This document shows positions 1 to 5,888 of a stretch of DNA of 27,840 nt, one piece after another (the first letter of the stretch is position 1; each line of letters begins with the position of its first letter). This DNA is from a virus. Lineage: Duplodnaviria; Caudoviricetes. The DNA lies in IMG/VR virus record IMGVR_UViG_3300044508_000050, positions 1 through 27,840 of that record. One strand, written 5' to 3'. The notes beneath the pieces are model-generated. The model did no database searches. It was not told the origin of the DNA and saw only the letters and a program-made list of their open reading frames with translations. The translations under genes and the position numbers were made by a program.

Positions 1-14
1 TTCGCGGCGGGCCG

Positions 15-242
15 TCATTCAGGCGCCCCGGGCCGGGTCAGCGGAAACGCACCGGAGGCGGTTCCGTTGCCTTCGGTGACGCGCCGAATAAGCTCGGCCT
101 CGTGAACCTTGGTCTGCACCCAGTTCGTGAGCACCGCCCGCAGGATCACCATGCGGTTCGTGCCCTTGCTGATCGCCACCGCGTCCAGCACGTCGACCAG
201 CTCGCGCGGGACTTCGCCGCGCAGCTCGACCAACTCCCCCAT
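15..242 (-). CDS. Small phage regulatory protein (ribbon-helix-helix-like, in the CII position)
   Basis: MGELVELRGEVPRELVDVLDAVAISKGTNRMVILRAVLTNWV has a beta-alpha-alpha pattern. A purine-rich RBS (GGAAGGGG) precedes ATG 242. It lies directly downstream of the cro-like gene. Confidence 0.6.
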   Translation of the reverse strand: MGELVELRGEVPRELVDVLDAVAISKGTNRMVILRAVLTNWVQTKVHEAELIRRVTEGNGTASGAFPLTRPGAPE

Positions 243-290
243 GTCTGTTTTCCCCTTCCGCACTGCACGGCCCCCGCCGTTGTCTGCCGA

Positions 291-479
291 TCAGTGGTCG
301 GCCTGCGCCGGCCACGTTTCCGGCAGCGGAAAGAGATCAGGCCGCGCCGCCGCCAGCTGGTACTGGCGCAGCAGCGGCACGGTGTCGCCCCACTGCGTGA
401 CCGCGCTGCCCGTGATGCCGAGCAGCGCCGCCACCGCGTTGCGGGAACCGATCTTGCTGATCACTTCCGCCGTCTTCAT
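291..479 (-). CDS. cro: Cro-like HTH repressor (Cro/YdaS family)
   Basis: 62 aa, MKTAEVISKIGSRNAVAALLGITGSAVTQWGDTVPLLRQYQL is a typical Cro pattern. Transcribed divergently from an XRE repressor gene. Confidence 0.85.
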   Translation of the reverse strand: MKTAEVISKIGSRNAVAALLGITGSAVTQWGDTVPLLRQYQLAAARPDLFPLPETWPAQADH

Positions 480-525
480 GCCGAAAGGTTAGCATGGTTG
501 CCGATTCAGAGGCAAGCATACTGCC
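480..525 (-). promoter_or_regulatory. OR-like operator region and PR-like promoter for cro
   Basis: Near-palindrome GGTTAGCATGGTTGCC (487-502) and related GGCAAGCATACTGCC (511-525). On the minus strand, TTGCCT-18 nt-TAACCT ends 6 nt before the cro ATG. Confidence 0.65.
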
Positions 526-550
526 GACGCGCGCGCTCACCATCGTCAAG

Positions 551-1048
551 GTGAAAACGCTCGGTCAGCGGGTCAGGGAATTGCGTACTGCGCGTCGCAT
601 GACGCAGCAGGAGGTGGCCGACCGCGTCGGCGTCACCAAGAGCGCCATCACGCAGCTCGAGCGCGGGCAGATCAAAGGGCCGCGCCCCGAGCACCTGCTC
701 GCCATTGCCGAAGCCCTGCAGGTCAGCCTGCCCGAGCTCGTGCACGGGCGCAGGCCGGCGCCGCCGCAGGTATCGGAGCCCATTCCCGAGGCCAGCTACT
801 ACGAGGCGCCCGAGCCTGCGCACCGCGCCCGGCCGCGCGTGCCCGTGCCGCCCGGCTACACCGGCGAGCCGGTGGCGTTGTCGCTCACTGAGCAGGCGCT
901 CATTGACCACCTGCGCTCACTCGGGCGCAGCCCGGCCGAGCGCGACGCCGCCGCGCGCCGCGCCCTGGTGCTGCTCACCGCCCTGCTCACCCCCGCCGTC
1001 AGCGACGAGCGCCTGGTCGGCTGGTCAGCCAAGCGCAAGCAGCGCTAG
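551..1048 (+). CDS. CI-like XRE-family HTH repressor
   Basis: LGQRVRELRTARRMTQQEVADRVGVTKSAITQLERG...LLAIAEALQVSLPELVHG is a canonical HTH_3 domain, followed by a Pro-rich linker and a short helical C-terminus. No S24 peptidase domain is recognisable. GTG start inferred. Confidence 0.85.
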   Translation: MKTLGQRVRELRTARRMTQQEVADRVGVTKSAITQLERGQIKGPRPEHLLAIAEALQVSLPELVHGRRPAPPQVSEPIPEASYYEAPEPAHRARPRVPVPPGYTGEPVALSLTEQALIDHLRSLGRSPAERDAAARRALVLLTALLTPAVSDERLVGWSAKRKQR

Positions 1049-1234
1049 CTACTTGCCGCCGAACACCGCCAGGAACACGGCGGTGAGAAACACGCCGAAT
1101 ACCCCTAGGATCAGCAGCGCCGGTACCGCCGCCAGCACCGTCTTGACCATCAGCCACACCAGCGTGGAAAAGTGAATATCCACATCCGTCACCACCACCC
1201 GCACCGGCTTGGCCGGGCCTGAGTTTTCCGCCAT
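1049..1234 (-). CDS. Small membrane protein
   Basis: 61 aa, VVVTDVDIHFSTLVWLMVK followed by a long hydrophobic segment. Its stop abuts the cI stop (convergent). Confidence 0.65.
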   Translation of the reverse strand: MAENSGPAKPVRVVVTDVDIHFSTLVWLMVKTVLAAVPALLILGVFGVFLTAVFLAVFGGK

Positions 1235-1336
1235 CTGAACCCCCCACGGTTGCCTGCGGCAGCGTAGACCCGCCCGCCGCGGGCTGATTTGCTGCGCAGC
1301 GAACAACGCCCTCGCATACCGTAATCACGCTATTTT

Positions 1337-1384
1337 GGTTAGCATGGTTGACATGCCGCGAAGTTTCGGGTTAGAGTTCTTACC
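1337..1384 (+). promoter_or_regulatory. OL-like operators overlapping a PL-like sigma70 promoter
   Basis: TTGACA (1348-1353), 18 nt, TAGAGT (1372-1377). Overlapped by GGTTAGCATGGTTGAC (first 14 nt identical to 487-500) and the near-palindrome GGTTAGAGTTCTTACC (1369-1384). Confidence 0.75.
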
Positions 1385-1403
1385 GTCATCAACGGAGGGT
1401 CAC

Positions 1404-1592
1404 ATGCTTCTGTCCCGGGGTCACCGCAGCTACCGCGTCGCCATCCTGCGCCAGCCGCCCAGCGGCGAGGTGCGCGAGCTGGAGATCGAGCACGTCTTCG
1501 TGCGCGCCAACAACGCCAACCACGCCATGCTGGCCGCGCGCTTCGTCACCGGCGCGGCCGTGGCCATGGAAGCGCAGCGGGTGGCGTCATGA
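1404..1592 (+). CDS. Hypothetical early protein
   Basis: GGAGG RBS upstream of ATG 1404; ATGA overlap with the next ORF. Confidence 0.7.
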   Translation: MLLSRGHRSYRVAILRQPPSGEVRELEIEHVFVRANNANHAMLAARFVTGAAVAMEAQRVAS

Positions 1593-1702
1593 CCCGCGAG
1601 GAACAGTTCAAGGCCGACCTCGCCTACACCCGCCTCGTCGCTGCCGAGCTGCGCGTCAAATTCTTCCTGGCGCGCATGCGCTGGGCGCTGGGGCTGGCAT
1701 GA
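1589..1702 (+). CDS. Hypothetical 37-aa protein (absent from the ORF track)
   Basis: MTREEQFKADLAYTRLVAAELRVKFFLARMRWALGLA, ATGA-coupled at both ends. Confidence 0.6.
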   Translation: MTREEQFKADLAYTRLVAAELRVKFFLARMRWALGLA

Positions 1703-1932
1703 ACACGCGCAGCGGAACCGAATGCAGGCATACGGCGAAGGGCGTCGTTTTTGTTCAGTGCGTAAGGCTGCACGACTTTTTCCCTGCCGCCGACACCAGC
1801 GCCAATCCATGGGTTTGGGTTGCTTGGCAGTGGGCTGACGAGGCGCGCACTCAGCGTGATTGGCTTGTGTGCGGCGTTTCTACGCGACGCGAACTTGAAA
1901 TGGCTCTTGTTGACGCACTCGAGACCGCATGA
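1699..1932 (+). CDS. Hypothetical protein, atypical codon usage
   Basis: ATGA-coupled at both ends; visibly more A/T-rich than its neighbours. Confidence 0.55.
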   Translation: MNTRSGTECRHTAKGVVFVQCVRLHDFFPAADTSANPWVWVAWQWADEARTQRDWLVCGVSTRRELEMALVDALETA

Positions 1933-2264
1933 AACCCGCCGCCCTCCTGCTTGCCCTCGCCTGCGCCGCCGCGCACGCCGAATTCTTCGACGGCAATGAA
2001 CTGCTCGAGCGCTGCACCGCCGGCGACACCGGGCGCCAGCTCACCTGCCAGGGCTACGTCGCCGGCGTGTTCGACGCCGGCTACAACGCCGTGCACTGCG
2101 CGCCGCACGACGTGCGCCTCGGGCAGATCGTCGACATGGCCGTCGCCGACCTGCGCCGCCACCCCGAAACCCGCCACAAGAGCGCCGACGTGCTGCTGCT
2201 CGCGCTGCTGCAGCGCACGTGGCCGTGCGCGGCGCGCTCGACGCCGGGCGTGAGGACGCTATGA
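1929..2264 (+). CDS. Secreted Rap1a/Tai-like immunity protein
   Basis: Signal peptide ending AHA, then DGNELLERC...CQGYVAGVFD...C.P...GQIVD...LRRHPETRHKSA...L...WPC. The four-Cys pattern is characteristic of the Rap1a family. Confidence 0.8.
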   Translation: MKPAALLLALACAAAHAEFFDGNELLERCTAGDTGRQLTCQGYVAGVFDAGYNAVHCAPHDVRLGQIVDMAVADLRRHPETRHKSADVLLLALLQRTWPCAARSTPGVRTL

Positions 2265-2446
2265 CCAAGCCCAACGAATTCGACGCCCTCGAAGCCCTCA
2301 TCCGCGCCGCCGGCGAGAGCACCGCCGGGCAGGTGCCGTCGCCCGACACCACCCCGCGCTGGTTCCGGTGGCTGTCGCTGCTCGTCGTCGTGGCGGTGCT
2401 GGTCTTGGTCGTCGCCATGGCCGTCACCGTCACCAGCGTGTTCTAG
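2261..2446 (+). CDS. Small membrane protein
   Basis: GAGGA RBS, ATGA overlap and a C-terminal TM helix (WLSLLVVVAVLVLVVAMAVTV). Confidence 0.65.
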   Translation: MTKPNEFDALEALIRAAGESTAGQVPSPDTTPRWFRWLSLLVVVAVLVLVVAMAVTVTSVF

Positions 2447-2581
2447 ATGCGCCTGGGGACGTGGCTCTGGATCGTCGCGTGCGTGCTGATCGCGCTCGCC
2501 GCCGCGCGCGTGTGGGGCGACTACGTGCGGTTTACGACGCAGTTGCAGTGCCCGCATCCGGCGATGGAAGGGTTGAAGTGA
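2447..2581 (+). CDS. 44-aa membrane peptide (absent from the ORF track)
   Basis: MRLGTWLWIVACVLIALAAARVWGDYVRFTTQLQCPHPAMEGLK. It starts immediately after the previous TAG and its TGA ends one base before the repeat array. Confidence 0.55.
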   Translation: MRLGTWLWIVACVLIALAAARVWGDYVRFTTQLQCPHPAMEGLK

Positions 2582-2811
2582 GGTAGGCGAGGCGGGGCAT
2601 GGCTGGGCCAGGCGAGGCGTGGCGTGGCAGGCGAGGCATGGCGCGGCTGGGCGCGGCTGGGCCCGGCGTGGCGAGGCCAGGCGCGGCGAGGCAGGCGTGG
2701 CGCGGCGCGGCTAGGCTCGGCAGGGCACGGCTGGGCTCGGCAGGGCAGGCAAGGCGCGGCGCGGCAGGGCGAGGCGCGGCAAGGCATGGCTGGGCGAGGC
2801 AGGCACGGCAA
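2582..2811 (+). repeat. GGC-NN pentamer array, putative guide ncRNA array (VIPR-like)
   Basis: 42 pentamers with invariant GGC plus 2 variable nt, in blocks of 8, 12, 10, 10 and 2. Each block is preceded by a GGYA tetramer (2582 GGTA; 2626, 2690, 2744, 2798 GGCA). Intergenic and followed by a T6 tract. Confidence 0.9.
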
Positions 2812-2855
2812 GTTTTTTCTCAACCACTGCGCGTAACGCGCGAAGGAGTCAGGCA

Positions 2856-3503
2856 ATGGCAACGAAGCAAAGCAACGTCGTCGAACTGAAGCAGCTGCGC
2901 ATCGAGCAGCGCGTGCTTTCCCTGTGGGGCGAGTCGCCGCTGATCATGCACGCCTGGTCGCAGAAGGCCAAGCAGCAGATGCTGGACAAGCAGATGAAGC
3001 TGGCGACCACCGGCAAGGAGGCGAAAGACCCGCAGGCCGATTTCGAGCAGTCGATCTACCTCGCGGCCGACGGCCTGCCCGGCTTTCCGGCGGTGGCCTT
3101 CAAGGCGGCCGCCGTGGACGCGGCGATCGCAATGGATTTCAAGAAGACCAACCTGCGCCAGTCGTTCCACATCAACGCCGACATGATCGCAGTGCTGGGC
3201 GACCCGCCGACGGCGCGCGAGGACATGGTGCGCGTCGGCATGGGCTCGGCGGACATCCGCTACCGCGCGCAGTTCACGCGCTGGGGCGTGCAGCTGCCGA
3301 TCACGCTCAACGTCGGCCTGCTGAGCTGGGAGCAGATCGTCAACCTGTTCAACGCCGCCGGCTTTGGCATCGGCATCGGCGAGTGGCGCCCGCAGCGGGA
3401 CGGCCAGTTCGGCCGCTTCCGCCTGGCGACTGCGGCGGAAGAGCGCGAACTGCAGGAGCTGGCCGCTGCCCGCCGCAAGATGACCCGCACCAAGGCGGCC
3501 TGA
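2856..3503 (+). CDS. Stand-alone Cas7/RAMP-like RNA-binding protein (Vipr-like candidate effector)
   Basis: AAGGAG RBS, 215 aa. RAMP-like motif order: LSLWGESPLIMH (beta1), GFPAVAFKAA (compare IPGSSLKG), REDMVRVGMGSADIRYRAQF (thumb hairpin) and C-terminal Gly-rich loop GFGIGIGEWRPQRDGQFGRF. Confidence 0.75.
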   Translation: MATKQSNVVELKQLRIEQRVLSLWGESPLIMHAWSQKAKQQMLDKQMKLATTGKEAKDPQADFEQSIYLAADGLPGFPAVAFKAAAVDAAIAMDFKKTNLRQSFHINADMIAVLGDPPTAREDMVRVGMGSADIRYRAQFTRWGVQLPITLNVGLLSWEQIVNLFNAAGFGIGIGEWRPQRDGQFGRFRLATAAEERELQELAAARRKMTRTKAA

Positions 3504-3505
3504 CC

Positions 3506-4117
3506 ATGGCGACCCGGACGAACTATGCGTTCAAGCCGTGGTCGCGCCTCACCGGCGACGCCCAGCGCGTCGGTGAGGCGATCGAAGACATCCGGCAGCA
3601 GCGCGGCACCATCAGCCCCGCCGCGGTGGTCGAGGCGGCCCGCGACCAGCAGTCGGTGCTGCACCCGTATTTCGAGTGGAACGACGGCACGGCCGCCAAC
3701 AAGTACCGCGAACAACAGGCCGCGCACCTGCTGCGCAGCATCGTCACCGTGCGCACGACCGGCGTCGAGCTGTCTTCCCCGGCGCGCGCCTTCGTCTCCG
3801 TGCGCGCCGCCGCCGAGGAATCCGAGGACGAAAGCCCGGGCACGTACACCTCGCTGGCCGAGGCGATGCGGGTCGTCACCTACCGGCACCAGCTGATGCG
3901 CGACGCGCTGCGCGACCTTGACGCCTACCGGATCAAGTACCAGCTGCTCGCGGACATCGCCGGCTGGGCCGAAGCGCTGGAGATCGCGCGGCGCAACCTT
4001 GAAACCAACCTCGCCGCCGCGCAGGCGGCCGCAAAGGAAACCCTAGAAGAACGACCCCTTTCAGCAGCCACGCGCCAGGTCGGCGCAGCAACCCACGGAG
4101 ACTCTGTCTATGAATGA
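3506..4117 (+). CDS. Helical phage protein coupled to the RAMP-like gene (candidate accessory protein)
   Basis: ATG 2 nt after the RAMP-like stop, 203 aa. Motifs VVEAARD..SVLHPYFEWND..AA.KYRE.QA..LLRSI and RAFVSV. Confidence 0.75.
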   Translation: MATRTNYAFKPWSRLTGDAQRVGEAIEDIRQQRGTISPAAVVEAARDQQSVLHPYFEWNDGTAANKYREQQAAHLLRSIVTVRTTGVELSSPARAFVSVRAAAEESEDESPGTYTSLAEAMRVVTYRHQLMRDALRDLDAYRIKYQLLADIAGWAEALEIARRNLETNLAAAQAAAKETLEERPLSAATRQVGAATHGDSVYE

Positions 4118-4289
4118 ACAGTCCGTCCTTGACTATCAGACAGCGCGCTACGCTGCGGCAGCCCTTCCCGGGGTCATTGAGGCAATGAAACAGCTTGGCG
4201 TCCACACGCCGGAGCAAATCGCAGTCAAAGCCTTTGAGATCGGCGCCGCATGCGCCAAACGTGCGAGAAAGCTCGAGGCTGGTCGGTGA
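4110..4289 (+). CDS. Hypothetical 59-aa protein (absent from the ORF track)
   Basis: GGAG RBS; MNEQSVLDYQTARYAAAALPGVIEAMKQLGVHTPEQIAVKAFEIGAACAKRARKLEAGR; GTGA overlap with the next ORF. Confidence 0.6.
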   Translation: MNEQSVLDYQTARYAAAALPGVIEAMKQLGVHTPEQIAVKAFEIGAACAKRARKLEAGR

Positions 4290-4459
4290 AAGACACGCTC
4301 GAACTCCCCCGCGCCCTTTACCACTGGCTGCGCCTCGGCTACTACAGCGCCGCGCTCAGCCACGTCGGCCACGCGCACCCCGACGCCCTCGAACTCACCC
4401 ACCGCGCCATCGAAAGCCAGCGCGTGGTCGATGCGTTTCTCGAGGCGAGGGCGGAATGA
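4286..4459 (+). CDS. Hypothetical protein
   Basis: GTGA- and ATGA-coupled at its two ends; codon usage typical of the phage. Confidence 0.55.
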   Translation: MKDTLELPRALYHWLRLGYYSAALSHVGHAHPDALELTHRAIESQRVVDAFLEARAE

Positions 4460-4548
4460 GCGGATACGAGGCCCGCCATCCATCGGCATGGATTAAAGCC
4501 ATCGTCGGAGTTGAGACGCCGGAACGGTCGGCTCGAACGACCAGTTAG
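4456..4548 (+). pseudogene. N-terminal stub of a gene interrupted by cassette 1
   Basis: MSGYEARHPSAWIKAI joins in frame to ADECTKEEAVHWL (5480 onward) when 4503-5478 is removed. Confidence 0.6.
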
Positions 4549-4550
4549 GC
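4497..4550 (-). other. attC-like recombination site of cassette 1
   Basis: Minus strand reads R'' GCCTAAC, TGGTC, L'' GTT[C]GAG, CCG[A]CC, loop, GGCGT, L' CTCAAC, TCCGAC, G|ATGGC. It has two unpaired bases in the positions typical of attC. Confidence 0.7.
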
Positions 4551-4635
4551 GCGGGGGTTGAGATGCGATTCACTGCACGAGCGAGACTGCAAACATGGGC
4601 GCACGCCTCTTTCATGGAGAGCGACGAGGTGACGT

Positions 4636-4770
4636 ATGACATTGAGCGTACCGTTGTGGGTTCTGTGGTTGCTGGCGTTACCGCTGATCGTTGTGGGCAG
4701 TGTGGCGCTTGCGATAGGGCTTTGGTTTCTGTGGCAGTGGGCGACCGGGAGGCTGACGACATGGGAGTAA
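4636..4770 (+). CDS. 44-aa membrane peptide (absent from the ORF track)
   Basis: GAGGTG RBS; MTLSVPLWVLWLLALPLIVVGSVALAIGLWFLWQWATGRLTTWE. Confidence 0.6.
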   Translation: MTLSVPLWVLWLLALPLIVVGSVALAIGLWFLWQWATGRLTTWE

Positions 4771-5099
4771 AAGATGTACTAGATCGCGCTCAGGAGTGGC
4801 TTGATGAGGCAGATAAGCGCGGGATCAACATGACTGATGAGCATGGCTATCTTGCGGTGATACGCGACTTGTCAACGGAGGTGCGCAGACTTGGCGCGCT
4901 TGTGCCGTCGAACGCAATCGCATGGCAAGAGCGCGTTGTCGAGGTGCAGAAGGCAATGCGCGCCTATCGTGTCCTGCGCGCCTCAGTAGAAGCAATGATG
5001 GCGCCGCTTGGCTACCACGGCGAGATCAGCGCGCGGGATGACAGGGTGCAGGCGGTAATGGATGCACTGGCGCAGATAAACGCAGAGGACAGGGCATGA
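4761..5099 (+). CDS. Hypothetical protein (cassette cargo)
   Basis: GGGAGG RBS before ATG 4761; helical sequence; ATGA overlap with the next ORF. Confidence 0.6.
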   Translation: MGVKDVLDRAQEWLDEADKRGINMTDEHGYLAVIRDLSTEVRRLGALVPSNAIAWQERVVEVQKAMRAYRVLRASVEAMMAPLGYHGEISARDDRVQAVMDALAQINAEDRA

Positions 5100-5737
5100 G
5101 CCGCGCTATCGACGTAGTGCGCCTCAGTGGAGACGAATACGACAGGCTGATGGATGAGCGCGAAATCCTGCGGCAAGAAGCGGCCCGCGCATGGCGAGAA
5201 GTCGATGCCATCGCCAAGGAACGCGACGACCATCACCGCTGGAGAAAGGAACTTGCCGACCAACTTGGAAAAGTTGAGAGGCAGCGCGACGTTCTAGCGC
5301 GAACGGTCAATACGCAGGAGACCGAGCTGCAGGCGCTGCAAAAGGTGGCGCAAGCATACGAAACGCTGCGCGCAGAAGCCGAGGAATGGGAGTGCGACGG
5401 CCTTGGCCTGTTTGCGCAACACGGCTGGTGGGAAGCAGTAGACGAGGCAATGGACGCAGCGGCTGCGGTAGCGCCTAACGCTGACGAATGCACAAAGGAA
5501 GAGGCGGTGCACTGGCTGCGGCGCCTTTTCGATGATCTTGTGGACGCTCATGTGCGCTGCGCGGCGCGTGAGGAGGAGCTGCGGCTAATTAAGGCGCGCT
5601 ATGACGAGTTGCTGTACGCGGTCGGCGACAAACACCCAGACGAGTCTCGTCATGAGACGCTGCTGCGCTACGCGAAGCGCGCCGCGTCGGTTATCGACTC
5701 ACTCGAATCGGCAGCAAAGAATGCTGACCCTGCCTGA
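5096..5737 (+). CDS. Coiled-coil hypothetical protein, chimera of cassette cargo and the interrupted gene's C-terminus
   Basis: 213 aa, heptad-rich. It reads through the cassette boundary at APN|ADEC. Confidence 0.7.
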   Translation: MSRAIDVVRLSGDEYDRLMDEREILRQEAARAWREVDAIAKERDDHHRWRKELADQLGKVERQRDVLARTVNTQETELQALQKVAQAYETLRAEAEEWECDGLGLFAQHGWWEAVDEAMDAAAAVAPNADECTKEEAVHWLRRLFDDLVDAHVRCAAREEELRLIKARYDELLYAVGDKHPDESRHETLLRYAKRAASVIDSLESAAKNADPA

Positions 5738-5888
5738 AACCGCCCGCGCCCTGCGCGTCAGCGTCAGCACCGTCCACCGCGAGATCGCGGCCGGGCGGCT
5801 GGCGGTCGTGCAGATCCGGGCGCGGCGGCTGGTCACGCCGGCCGAGCTCGCGCGCTATATTGCCGCAGCGGCGCGGGTCAGGGATGGG
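5721..5888 (+). CDS. Excisionase-like HTH (HTH_17) domain; frame stays open to 6800
   Basis: MLTLPETARALRVSVSTVHREIAAGRLAVVQIRARRLVTPAELARYI is an Xis/MerR-like HTH. There is no stop before the convergent gene, so the end coordinate marks the domain limit only. Confidence 0.7.

Larger units (their letters stand above)
4503..5478 (-). mobile_element. Integron-type gene cassette 1 (976 bp) inserted at a GAT secondary site
   Basis: attC at the left end. GCGCCTAAC at 5471-5479 is the exact reverse complement of GTTAGGCGC at 4544-4552. Removal restores an ORF, and the interior is more A/T-rich than the structural genes. Confidence 0.7.

Noticed and set aside
2582-2811. Array as a CRISPR array, TIGR array or simple microsatellite/G-quadruplex
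   Set aside because: There are no 23-50 bp direct repeats with spacers and no box C/D-like motifs. Identical-unit expansion is not seen. Two-tier G4 folding is possible but does not explain the invariant C, strict phase or GGYA punctuation.
2521-2889. ORFs spanning the array (2599-2889 +, 2624-2836 +, 2521-2862 -)
   Set aside because: Low-complexity Arg/Gly/Ala or Pro/Arg translations of a 5-nt periodic repeat, with no RBS. A period of 5 is not codon-compatible.
2924-3505. N-terminal extension of the 397-aa ORF 2924-4117
   Set aside because: It overlaps the RAMP-like gene out of frame; the real start is ATG 3506.
4133-4141. CTATCAGAC matches the concatenated NN of block 3 (and GAATGCTG at 5719-5726 matches block 2)
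   Set aside because: 8-9 nt matches are expected by chance in 28 kb. I found no convincing self-target by eye, but could not run an exhaustive gapped search.
4563-4760. N-terminal part of ORF 4563-5099
   Set aside because: Better explained by a 44-aa membrane ORF (4636-4770) and an RBS-supported start at 4761.
4907-4913. GTCGAAC as a further cassette-junction scar
   Set aside because: It resembles an R box but I found no matching attC partner; too short to support.
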